Positions 17,682-26,752 of a stretch of DNA of 64,000 bases are shown one piece after another (positions within the stretch are counted from its first letter, which is position 1; each line of letters begins with the position of its first letter). Made by a program: the position numbers and the translations under genes. The DNA is from a virus. The notes beneath the pieces are model-generated. The model saw nothing but the letters and a program-made list of their open reading frames with translations. It was not told the DNA's origin and made no database searches. The stretch covers positions 39,295 to 103,294 of the IMG/VR virus record IMGVR_UViG_3300004457_000028, one strand, 5' to 3'.

Positions 17682-17776
17682 CTTGTCTAACTTGTCCGAT
17701 GTATTGTTTACACAATATACTGTATTTACTATTCTTCTAAATGTATAGACTATACAACGGACAACAAGGACAACAC
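17680..17776. repeat. Quasi-palindromic ~100-bp element, copy B
   Basis: aacttgtctaacttgtccgatgt ... atacaacggacaacaaggacaacac. Confidence 0.65.
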
Positions 17777-17790
17777 CCCCAGTAACCTTT

Positions 17791-18408
17791 ATGATGACCC
17801 CCGCAGTGGACAGACCAGTGGACATTATGGATAATCAAGACCATCACGATGCAGAAATACGCCTCATGGGACTAATTTTGGCTCAAAGCACACTGGTTGG
17901 AGTAGCGGTTGGAATCTTTGACGCAAGGGTTTGGCTAACACAAGACAGTGTTTGGATAAATGGTTTCACTTATGCGATGGGTGCATTCTTTGTTCAAGGT
18001 ATAGCATACTACTTCTTTAAGATGTTCTTTGAGCAAAACCTACAAGAAAAGGTAAGACATGGTAACATGGAAAAGCAAAGGAATAATCAATACAGGAGTA
18101 TGCAAACTCAATTTGATAATCGTAGAGCCGACATGGAAATGCGTATGCAAGAAGCACAACTTGAGCGTGAATTACGCTGGATGGAAAATAACCCCGGTAA
18201 GATGCCGCCAAGTTGGGGTGTTCAGGGTGGTGCTCAATCTATGGTAGGTTTTTACGACCAACAAGGTGGGGCTGCTGCTTCTTTTGACGGTAGTAGGATT
18301 CCTACTCATGAGGCTAAGATTTTACAACCACTTACTCTTGGAGTAGAAGAAGACATACCATTGAAGAAAGATGGCACGCCTGATAAAAGATTTGAAAAGA
18401 AATCTTGA
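17791..18408 (+). CDS. Membrane protein (2 predicted TM helices plus coiled coil)
   Basis: Two hydrophobic stretches, then a Q/E/R/M-rich helix. Confidence 0.75.
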   Translation: MMTPAVDRPVDIMDNQDHHDAEIRLMGLILAQSTLVGVAVGIFDARVWLTQDSVWINGFTYAMGAFFVQGIAYYFFKMFFEQNLQEKVRHGNMEKQRNNQYRSMQTQFDNRRADMEMRMQEAQLERELRWMENNPGKMPPSWGVQGGAQSMVGFYDQQGGAAASFDGSRIPTHEAKILQPLTLGVEEDIPLKKDGTPDKRFEKKS

Positions 18409-18421
18409 GTGAGGTTTACTC

Positions 18422-18679
18422 ATGGGCCGAATCTTTCGCACTCCTTCTGATGATGCTACTGAAAGCACGCTGCGTGCTATTCACATAGCAAATACCGTTG
18501 ATAATGCATACGAAAGAACTTGGGGTTGGGTAAAGACTATCCTTGCCTCCGGTATTACATGTGTAGTAGTAAGTGGTATTGAGTTTTACAATCCTGAGTT
18601 CAGTATATACGAAAATACAGTAGACTGGGCCGTTGAAAAACTTGAAGACTTAATCAATTGGTTAAAGTGGTGGGATTGA
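18422..18679 (+). CDS. Small single-TM protein
   Basis: WGWVKTILASGITCVVVSGI; GAGG RBS. Confidence 0.7.
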   Translation: MGRIFRTPSDDATESTLRAIHIANTVDNAYERTWGWVKTILASGITCVVVSGIEFYNPEFSIYENTVDWAVEKLEDLINWLKWWD

Positions 18680-18682
18680 TTC

Positions 18683-19405
18683 ATGGTAGACCCCGGTGGC
18701 ACTGCATTGGTAGGTGCAGCGATGTGGGGTCAGCATATTTACAATTCATATAAACCAAGAAGAGTCGGTATCTACGGAGCACCTCTCGTTGGTAAAACAA
18801 CTCTTGACCGCTATCTTACTACTCCGGGTGAAATGGAAGAGATAGAAGAAGAAGATAGAACTACTCATAGTCGTATACTGAAATTAGGTAATTACAGAAT
18901 GCCTAAACCAACAAGAAAAAGAATTGGTTGGAATGGTGAGAAGAGAGTCGTATATTCATCAGACATAGGTGGACAAGAGAGGTTTTGGAATCTTTGGATT
19001 GAAGACATGGTAACTCGTGGAGTAGAAGCCGTAGTTTACATTTTTGACGATAGGGCTTTCAAAGGTGGAGATGAAAGCATAAAACAAATTGCTGGTTTTC
19101 GTTATCTTGTAGATTGTTTAATACAAAGAAATTATCGCTATCGTTCAGTATGGGCGAGATTCAAAGGTAGAAAGTATCACCCAAGAGTGGTTATGCTTGT
19201 AGCGAATAAAGCAGATAGATTCTTTGATGAAACCGCATCTAAACTTTGGCATGAGGGTCGTATAGGTGAACATAAGATTTTTGACCCATTTAGAGATGAC
19301 TTAATCAGGCTACAAAAAGCAGGTATTCCTACTCGTAGGTCATTCATGGCTACAAGGATTGGATGGAATGTAGAAAAGACAATGGTGAGCCTTTTAACAT
19401 CTTGA
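18683..19405 (+). CDS. Small GTPase, Ras superfamily (Arf/Rab-like)
   Basis: G1 GAPLVGKTT, G3 DIGGQERF, G4 NKAD. Confidence 0.85.
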   Translation: MVDPGGTALVGAAMWGQHIYNSYKPRRVGIYGAPLVGKTTLDRYLTTPGEMEEIEEEDRTTHSRILKLGNYRMPKPTRKRIGWNGEKRVVYSSDIGGQERFWNLWIEDMVTRGVEAVVYIFDDRAFKGGDESIKQIAGFRYLVDCLIQRNYRYRSVWARFKGRKYHPRVVMLVANKADRFFDETASKLWHEGRIGEHKIFDPFRDDLIRLQKAGIPTRRSFMATRIGWNVEKTMVSLLTS

Positions 19406-19460
19406 CCAAAAAAGTGACCCCATAGGTAGCCTTTTGAATAACAACTCTTTCGGTGTAAAT

Positions 19461-19658
19461 ATGTCAAGCAAGAAATCGTCTACTACTTTGGTGTCCACTG
19501 GTGGTGGGAGTCGTAGCCTAAGAACAACTGTTCCTATGTTTATTGTAGAACATTTTGGTCTTACTGCTGGAGATGATGTTAATTGGAGATTTACTGTTCA
19601 AGAGGGACAGATTGTAGTAGTCATGACACCTACGGCTGAGCAGGTCGTGGTAGAATGA
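19461..19658 (+). CDS. AbrB/SpoVT/MazE-type DNA-binding protein
   Basis: SLRTTVPMFIVEHFGLTAGDDVNW; start moved to ATG 19461. Confidence 0.75.
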   Translation: MSSKKSSTTLVSTGGGSRSLRTTVPMFIVEHFGLTAGDDVNWRFTVQEGQIVVVMTPTAEQVVVE

Positions 19659-20590
19659 TGATGTTTAACAGACAACCCCAACAAAATCTAAATGAGGCTC
19701 AATTGTCTACTTTGGCTATGCAAGGTAATGAACAACTTACTCAGGCTGCACTTCAAGAAATGTTGATGGCTCAACAAGGAATGCAAGAAGCAGCACAGGC
19801 TGGTAACATAGAAGTTCCTAAAGTTAATTTTTACCCAAGTCGCCATGCTGACCCACGAAAGGCTCGTAAAAAAGACATCAAGCAAGCATACAAATTACTT
19901 CAACCAGCAAAGCGTTCTATATTCAATCCTATGAGATGGGTATTTGGTCGTAAGTATCGTTACAACAAAGATACAGGAACTTGCGTTGTAGACGGAGCAA
20001 ATGTTGCTGAATTGATGAAACATGATAATCTCTATATGCGTATCTGTGACGATGAAACAGGTCGCTCTCTTTGGGAAATGTATTGGCAAAACCCAGTTAC
20101 TGGTCAGCCTGAAGCGTTTATTGCTCTTGACAAAGTGACCAGTGGTAAGAAAATGCGAGGGACATACTGCCCTGAACATCTTCATTTGTATCATCTACTC
20201 TGTAAATGGGAGGCCGAAGAAGACAAACAGAATGAAATGAACCCAAGTCGTCTCCGTGATAAAGTGAAAAGAGGAGTCTCAATTGTTACTGTCCCTGTAT
20301 CTTCTGTAAAAAAGAAAGACCCTACACCTGCTATGCTAACAAAATACGAACCGTTCTTTGCTGAACTTGAAAGAGATGCTGGTAGAACAAAGGGAATCAA
20401 TCTAATCCATTATGCTAACCCAGCCACTGGTCAAAACGATATTACCATGGTTGTATTTGACCTTCGTATATTTCAATTAGAACTTCAACAAATGAACATG
20501 CCAACGCAAGCGTTTCAAGAATTACTTAATGTTGAGAATACCAAAATGCAACAGAACCTTGATGGTGCAGTAGCGGTTGGGGAGGCATGA
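19655..20590 (+). CDS. Hypothetical protein, Gln/Met-rich N-terminus
   Basis: ORF track; ATGA coupling. Confidence 0.75.
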   Translation: MMMFNRQPQQNLNEAQLSTLAMQGNEQLTQAALQEMLMAQQGMQEAAQAGNIEVPKVNFYPSRHADPRKARKKDIKQAYKLLQPAKRSIFNPMRWVFGRKYRYNKDTGTCVVDGANVAELMKHDNLYMRICDDETGRSLWEMYWQNPVTGQPEAFIALDKVTSGKKMRGTYCPEHLHLYHLLCKWEAEEDKQNEMNPSRLRDKVKRGVSIVTVPVSSVKKKDPTPAMLTKYEPFFAELERDAGRTKGINLIHYANPATGQNDITMVVFDLRIFQLELQQMNMPTQAFQELLNVENTKMQQNLDGAVAVGEA

Positions 20591-20594
20591 TACG

Positions 20595-21266
20595 ATGTTC
20601 AATCTTGGCGCACAACAACAACAACCAAACGGATTAAATCTCTCAGCAACTGGGGGAGGAATGGGTTACGGTATGCAGCAACCGCAAAGCGGATTTAGTC
20701 TTGGAGCACAACCGATGCAACAACAAATGCAGCAGCAGAATCAAGGATTTATGGCTGGTATGATGGGTAGTGCGGGGATGACACCTCAGCAACAAATGAT
20801 GATGCAGAACGGACAAGTCACTCCTCCATCAGAAATGGAACTTATGAATGCTCTATTACAATCTCAAAATCCTATTCATCGTTTTATCAAAGACGGAGGG
20901 CTTGGTAGTTTGATAGATTTGATTGCAGCGACAACCAGCCTAAGTATGCTAAACATTCTTAAAAACGCCACATTCGTTATTGATGAAGACGAGGGTGGTA
21001 TGAAACTTGACCCTGCAACATTATCTTCTGACTTACAAACCCTAAGCATTGAAAATGTGAGTATGGTCTTGAATAACATGGTTGCTCAAAGCAATCAAAA
21101 GTTCCAAGAGGCTGAAATGCAAAGACAACAGATTATTGCTATGTCTCAACAATCAATGATGGGTGGGGCGTTAAGTGCTGCTTTACAAGATGAAGGTATG
21201 ATGAACAAAATGGGCGGCGGAATTGGTAGCGTTGCTCGTGGGCTTATAGGACTACCAAGAAACTGA
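20595..21266 (+). CDS. Gln/Met/Gly-rich protein
   Basis: GGAGG RBS before ATG 20595; low-complexity N-terminus. Confidence 0.75.
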   Translation: MFNLGAQQQQPNGLNLSATGGGMGYGMQQPQSGFSLGAQPMQQQMQQQNQGFMAGMMGSAGMTPQQQMMMQNGQVTPPSEMELMNALLQSQNPIHRFIKDGGLGSLIDLIAATTSLSMLNILKNATFVIDEDEGGMKLDPATLSSDLQTLSIENVSMVLNNMVAQSNQKFQEAEMQRQQIIAMSQQSMMGGALSAALQDEGMMNKMGGGIGSVARGLIGLPRN

Positions 21267-21275
21267 GGCGATATA

Positions 21276-21527
21276 ATGGTGCAATCGGGTAGTATGAAAG
21301 ATTACGGAATGAGAGTAAGTGAAGCGAGTAGTAGTATTTTTGCTCCAAGTAGAAACATCATTACTGAAATGATTATGGTTCAGTTTATTGCAGTAATTAT
21401 GGCTTGCACAGGTATTCTAATTTTCAAAGGTGACGAAATGAGCAGCGGGGATGTAAGCGTCTTTGTTGTAGGTATTTTTGGAGCGTTTATTTTCTTAACC
21501 ACTCTTTACTCAAGAATCACTCGCTGA
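21276..21527 (+). CDS. Small 2-TM membrane protein
   Basis: Two hydrophobic helices, basic C-terminus. Confidence 0.7.
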   Translation: MVQSGSMKDYGMRVSEASSSIFAPSRNIITEMIMVQFIAVIMACTGILIFKGDEMSSGDVSVFVVGIFGAFIFLTTLYSRITR

Positions 21528-21770
21528 CCACTTGTTTATCGGGCATGAAACTGATGGCGCAAGAGCCTTAATTTTCATGACGCAACTACACAGTCGGCAA
21601 GTCCCCATTCTTTTTTGCATGTAAGGACATTGATAACACTCATCAAGTCTCGCCATGTATAGTTTTTTAGAGACTCTGTTGCCTTTCAGTGCATCTTTTG
21701 ATGCTTTGATTAAATCTTTACCACGCTCTTTGAGAGGTTGCTTTGGAACTCTCTCGTAAGGTGGGAGCAT
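21510..21770 (-). CDS. Cys-rich protein (R..C..C...C..CxC...K...CP..KW type)
   Basis: RLDECYQC...CRLCSCVMKIK...CPINKW; GGAGG RBS. Confidence 0.7.
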   Translation of the reverse strand: MLPPYERVPKQPLKERGKDLIKASKDALKGNRVSKKLYMARLDECYQCPYMQKRMGTCRLCSCVMKIKALAPSVSCPINKWSASDS

Positions 21771-21829
21771 GTTCCTCCGAGTAGGTTTTCATGAAAAAGG
21801 ATTATGGGTAATGCTGCTTTAAGCCAATC

Positions 21830-22513
21830 ATGGCGGAGGGTAACCCAGTATCAAAACGGTCTTGCCCTTTGTGTCAGCACCCAAGTCGTGAAGACTTAGA
21901 GAAGGGACTCCTTGATGGTGAAATCTCTTCTAAACAATTAGACAAAGACATGGGCTGGAGGCTGAACACAACAGACCGTCATTTTCGTAATCACATGGGT
22001 CAGTTCCACATGGCTTCTAATCCTCAGTGCAAAGTTTGTGCTGATGTAGGTAGGGCTGATTTTGAGCGTCGTTATTTTGAAGATGGCTCTCAGTCAGAAA
22101 CAATTGCTGAAGAACTTGGTATTGCTGAGTCATCTGTTTATCATCACATGAAACATCACTTTCAACCGTTAGTTCAAAGAAGTGCGGCTGCTGAGATTAC
22201 ATTAGTCGTAGGAGAAGAGGTTAATGCGCTCAGGTCAAATGTTGAACTCCTCAATGTTAAATTGTCTGAATTGCTCAATGAGGGTAGTGTCCATGAAGAT
22301 GGGTTTGTTAGAGATGCGGTGTCACTGCACAAAGAAGTCAGAGAATCAATAAAGGACTTGTTAAAGATGAACGAACAGTGGAGTCCTACATCTGAAAACA
22401 GTCAAGTCAATAATACAATTAACATCCTCAAGGTTGAACTTGGTAAAGAAAGCCCTGACTCTTGGGCGAGGATTCGTAACTCTTTGTTAGAACATGCGGG
22501 TGACATAAATTGA
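21830..22513 (+). CDS. Tandem Zn-finger/HTH protein, candidate terminase small subunit
   Basis: Two CxxC...HTH...HxxxH repeats, helical hairpin, C-terminal NNTINILKV strand. Confidence 0.55.
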   Translation: MAEGNPVSKRSCPLCQHPSREDLEKGLLDGEISSKQLDKDMGWRLNTTDRHFRNHMGQFHMASNPQCKVCADVGRADFERRYFEDGSQSETIAEELGIAESSVYHHMKHHFQPLVQRSAAAEITLVVGEEVNALRSNVELLNVKLSELLNEGSVHEDGFVRDAVSLHKEVRESIKDLLKMNEQWSPTSENSQVNNTINILKVELGKESPDSWARIRNSLLEHAGDIN

Positions 22514-22911
22514 TGCCAGTTCCTGTTCCTGATTTGCTACAAATGACCCATCCGGGTTATGCGCTGGTAGAGCGTGACTCGCCTGTATCAGCGTATAATG
22601 TTCCAATCTATCTTGATTTTTGTCGTTGTATTACAATGAGATTTGAGCACTACGGTGAGTTAGAGATTACTCCACCTGACCTTTTCAAATTACTCACAAA
22701 GTCTTTTGAAACTGTTTTTGAAGATGATGACCCCGTTACATTTTTCCCAGCATATCATCTTATACCTCGTTTACTTGAAGAGTTTGAGCACACCATAAAA
22801 AATATGACATCTGCATTTGAAGATAGTCCGAGAATTATGTTGTTCTATAGAAAAATAAGTCAAAAACTGCGACAGTGTTTTGAACATCATATACAGGGGG
22901 ATAACACATGA
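22510..22911 (+). CDS. Hypothetical protein
   Basis: ORF track; coupled. Confidence 0.65.
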   Translation: MMPVPVPDLLQMTHPGYALVERDSPVSAYNVPIYLDFCRCITMRFEHYGELEITPPDLFKLLTKSFETVFEDDDPVTFFPAYHLIPRLLEEFEHTIKNMTSAFEDSPRIMLFYRKISQKLRQCFEHHIQGDNT

Positions 22912-24416
22912 CGGGTGGTATGATGGGGCGAACCTCCGACACGAGGATATACAATCCTCGCTCCGAGTCCTCTGAAATGTTCAGGGCTAATCATGAAGAT
23001 GAAAGGCCACCAAGCGGTATGGAGGATGGCCGAGACAAAGAAGCACGCAAAGATAAGCGTCAAGCCAAGAAAGAGGCTGAGGAAAAAGAGGATAAAAAAA
23101 TCCGTCACATCAAAGTCCGTTCACATCACCTTGGCCTTGACAGTGAAAAATCTATTGAGGATAAAGACGAGGTAGATGAAGAAGAAGAGAAGTTCAAACC
23201 TCGTGGTTCAGTTGATAACCCATCTGACCAAACTATGCCAAGCGGCACTGGTGGATTCATGACGAGCCTCGCTATGGGTGCTAAAGGGCCGGGTGCTGCT
23301 CGTGGTGAAATGATTCAGATGTCTGAGCCTATGCAAATGGCTAATCAGTTGTTGAAAGAAGTTACTCCTTACAACGAGTCGCCATTTCCTCATGGAGTTG
23401 CACCTTTAGAGGATGTTTCATGTCCTCATTGTGGGGATAAACTTGAAGGAACATATAGAGAACTTCATACTAACGACCCATTGGTTGAACTCTATTGTAG
23501 GACTTGTGATATTTACGATGATTCTTCTGTGGATAATTATAGTAGTAGTTCACTAAAGTTAAATCCACCAATTATCCAAAAAGGTGAACCAATGGACATC
23601 GCTTGGCAACTATTGAAATCAAAAAAAACGACTGCTAAACGCAGAAAAGAAGAAGGGTATTCAAAGTGGCGACCATCTACAGGACAATTTGAACGCCCAA
23701 AAGGAGGCGGTGACCCTCGTAACGCCACATCAAGGCGTGCAAAGAACATCAGTCGTAATCTCCCGTTAGGTAGAAAGACTGGACTCATGAGGCCGCATCT
23801 TTCAGTTGAGTTTTCTCACCGAGGTCTTGCGAGTAAACAACCAATGAGTAAAGACCCACAAAAATACGGTGCTTATCTTGCATCTCAAGAGGCTCGTAAA
23901 CTACAAGGTGGTGTAAGAAGCACTACGACACCACACATGAGACACAGCCAACGCTCATTCATATCAGGTCAAACTGGTGGTGGTCGTTTGACAAACACTC
24001 TACAATACCCTCGTGTCCCAAGACCACGACTACACGCAGTTCGTGCTCCAAGTATTCAACCACCTAAAATGAAGATGCCCCACTTAGCACGACCTAAGAT
24101 GCCGGGTATGGTGACAATGAGTGAAGATATTCCTCAACACAGTGATATTCTCAAAGCAGGTAATGCATATCAAGCAGCATTGATGCGAATTGCTCTCAAA
24201 GAGATTCGTGAATTGATGCGTGAAAAGAAAGACAAGGATAAGAAAACAAAGGGAAAGGGGAATCCTGATGTTGCTGGTGCTGCGAGTAGTCTACCAAATT
24301 ACGAAGCAAATAATCCTAAGACAGCAACTCGCCCCGAAGGTGGCACTGAAGATGAAAACGACTCACGCCTTTGGGGATTAGCCCCCGGCGATATTGCGGG
24401 GAGTGGGCGGATTTGA
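22908..24416 (+). CDS. Tagged modular basic protein with Zn-ribbon insert
   Basis: SEPMQMANQLLK-[CPHC..CRTC]-GEPMDIAWQLLK. Confidence 0.75.
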   Translation: MTGGMMGRTSDTRIYNPRSESSEMFRANHEDERPPSGMEDGRDKEARKDKRQAKKEAEEKEDKKIRHIKVRSHHLGLDSEKSIEDKDEVDEEEEKFKPRGSVDNPSDQTMPSGTGGFMTSLAMGAKGPGAARGEMIQMSEPMQMANQLLKEVTPYNESPFPHGVAPLEDVSCPHCGDKLEGTYRELHTNDPLVELYCRTCDIYDDSSVDNYSSSSLKLNPPIIQKGEPMDIAWQLLKSKKTTAKRRKEEGYSKWRPSTGQFERPKGGGDPRNATSRRAKNISRNLPLGRKTGLMRPHLSVEFSHRGLASKQPMSKDPQKYGAYLASQEARKLQGGVRSTTTPHMRHSQRSFISGQTGGGRLTNTLQYPRVPRPRLHAVRAPSIQPPKMKMPHLARPKMPGMVTMSEDIPQHSDILKAGNAYQAALMRIALKEIRELMREKKDKDKKTKGKGNPDVAGAASSLPNYEANNPKTATRPEGGTEDENDSRLWGLAPGDIAGSGRI

Positions 24417-26752
24417 ATATCTTAGTTCGTAAGTCAATTATTCTCAAAGGTGACGGTGTATATGGTTACTACAACCATCACGAAACAGGACAACTTCAGC
24501 CTTTTCTAAAAACATCTCCTCCACCCGAAGCATTTCATCCTGACCCTAATGTTCCTGATGTCCCAGCATTCGCTCATTATGGTGCTGCGAAACCTCATCC
24601 TTCGGGTCATCCCGGTATGGGAGAGTTGATTCCCGGTAATTTTACAAAAGGTAAACACGGTGAACATGTTTACCTTGACGAAAATGGTGAGACTCATCAT
24701 CACGGTATTGACGGGGTTCTCCATTCTATTGGTGAAGCACTTGAGCGAAAGGGAATGCTTGGACAAAACCACCCACAGTTCGGTGAACTTACTCCACAAA
24801 ACTTAGTTCAGCGTGCTATTGAAATGACAAACGCTGAGCATCAAGACAAAAGTGGTGCTCAAGACATTCCTGATGTAGATTCAATGAAGCATCGTAAGAT
24901 TCGTGTCGCTGGATATGGTGGTCGTAAACCCACTTCTCGTGCTCATAATACTCACGATGGTGAATACATCACAGCATACACAAACCGACCTAATCGTAAA
25001 GAAAAAGTTGGTGCTATGATTGAATCCTATGGAGTTCCTTACAACCATAATTTACAAAAGATTCTCCTTGAAGGACTCGGACTTAGCGATATGGTGGGTG
25101 CTGAGTTCCTTGACAATCCACACATAGACATCGCAGACCTTCATCCTCGTGGTCGCCGTATCAGAGGTAGAGGTGGAGATGTTATCGGTATGAATAGTAG
25201 AGGCGAGTATACTCTACCTGACAGTCATATTAAGGGTGCTCCAAAAGGAGTAGGTCACGACGCAGCCCATACTGGAATCCAGTCTTGGGAGGTCATGAAT
25301 CATACTCCTGATTTTATGCACATGATGCTTACTCGTCAGCAAACTGGTAATAGTGTAGCAAAAAATAACGCTGCGGTGCATATTACAGAGGCTTTGAAAG
25401 TTATTGACCCTAACAAGATACCTGATGTTGAAGTCCCAATTAACACAACACCGGGAACTACTGGTAAACCTCAGTATACAATGATGAATCTTAGAACAGT
25501 GTTGAGAAGCGAAGGCATGAGGGGTAACATGATTAACGAATTAGCAAAAACCCCAGCGTTCAATATGCTTTTTGGTCGTAGTAACAGTGGGAGTGCCGCA
25601 AAACCCGGTGTTGGTAAGAGAGCGTTTCAACATATTCTTGATGCCTTCGGTGGAAAAGAAGGTGGAACTTCTTTCAGTGATTTAACAAGTCATACAGTAG
25701 CAGGTGACCATTTAAGAACAGAAGATGGTATGAAAACCACAGAAGGTCATGGGACTCACAAAAGCGCTGCTGAGTTTTATGCAAAGGCTATGCTAAGCGG
25801 TGCTCACGATGAGCATGATAGCGCATTACGAGCCTACATGCCAAAAGATGCTGAAGGTAACATTGATGCTGATGTTATCAAAAATATGGGGTTAAATCTC
25901 CCAAGTTACGATACAGTAGAACAGCGAAGACAAGGCACTCAGGCTATTGCTGATTTAATTAGTGAGGCATTTGGTCATCAAACTCGCCGTCAGTTACCTG
26001 AAAAATTGCCAACTTCAGGATTAGCGTCTCGTAATGTCATAGGTTATCCTGAGCAAATTATTGAGCGTTTACCTGAACATATCCCATTCTACGATGATTT
26101 AGGATTAGCACCAGTTGAAAGAGCAGGTATCACTGCCCCTAAACCAACCGTCACTCCTTCTACAGAAAGACCCCCACAACCTCCACAACCCCCACTACCA
26201 GTTGCTGTCGCTCCCCCAGCAACTGAGGCACTACCTCCGCCTACACCCCAAAGGGGAGCACCTTCTTTCAGACCACAAAGCCCTGAGTTAGTTGCAGCAA
26301 GACAACATGTTGGTCGTGCTGACCCAGCATCTTTGCGTCAAATCATGGATGCCGCTGGTGCAAGAGTCCCTCAAGGACAAGGTATGCAACTCAGTCCTCA
26401 AGAACAACAGTATCAACAAACCATGGGTGACCCACGACAACAACTTCTCACTCAATACATGAAAGGACAAGCCCAAGAATTGTCCCCTATGGATAGAGTC
26501 ATGAAAGCGATGGAGCAAATGCAAATGGATGACGCTCGTAGCGATTCAAAAATCATGAAGCACGCTCTACCTCGCCAAGTCAATATCGCTGACCTTCACG
26601 GAATCAATCATCTCGCAAAGAGTATTGAACTCACACCTGTTGATGTTCGCTCAATCGCATACGCTACAGGAGACTGGGAGCGCATCGCAAAACGACTCAA
26701 TGTTTCTACAGATGTTGTCAAGGTCGTCAAAGTAAGCGTGGGTGGTGTCTGA
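24413..26752 (+). CDS. Large putative virion/internal protein
   Basis: TTG start overlapping upstream stop (MNILVRKSIILKG); His-rich, Pro linker, C-terminal HTH-like. Confidence 0.75.
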   Translation: MNILVRKSIILKGDGVYGYYNHHETGQLQPFLKTSPPPEAFHPDPNVPDVPAFAHYGAAKPHPSGHPGMGELIPGNFTKGKHGEHVYLDENGETHHHGIDGVLHSIGEALERKGMLGQNHPQFGELTPQNLVQRAIEMTNAEHQDKSGAQDIPDVDSMKHRKIRVAGYGGRKPTSRAHNTHDGEYITAYTNRPNRKEKVGAMIESYGVPYNHNLQKILLEGLGLSDMVGAEFLDNPHIDIADLHPRGRRIRGRGGDVIGMNSRGEYTLPDSHIKGAPKGVGHDAAHTGIQSWEVMNHTPDFMHMMLTRQQTGNSVAKNNAAVHITEALKVIDPNKIPDVEVPINTTPGTTGKPQYTMMNLRTVLRSEGMRGNMINELAKTPAFNMLFGRSNSGSAAKPGVGKRAFQHILDAFGGKEGGTSFSDLTSHTVAGDHLRTEDGMKTTEGHGTHKSAAEFYAKAMLSGAHDEHDSALRAYMPKDAEGNIDADVIKNMGLNLPSYDTVEQRRQGTQAIADLISEAFGHQTRRQLPEKLPTSGLASRNVIGYPEQIIERLPEHIPFYDDLGLAPVERAGITAPKPTVTPSTERPPQPPQPPLPVAVAPPATEALPPPTPQRGAPSFRPQSPELVAARQHVGRADPASLRQIMDAAGARVPQGQGMQLSPQEQQYQQTMGDPRQQLLTQYMKGQAQELSPMDRVMKAMEQMQMDDARSDSKIMKHALPRQVNIADLHGINHLAKSIELTPVDVRSIAYATGDWERIAKRLNVSTDVVKVVKVSVGGV

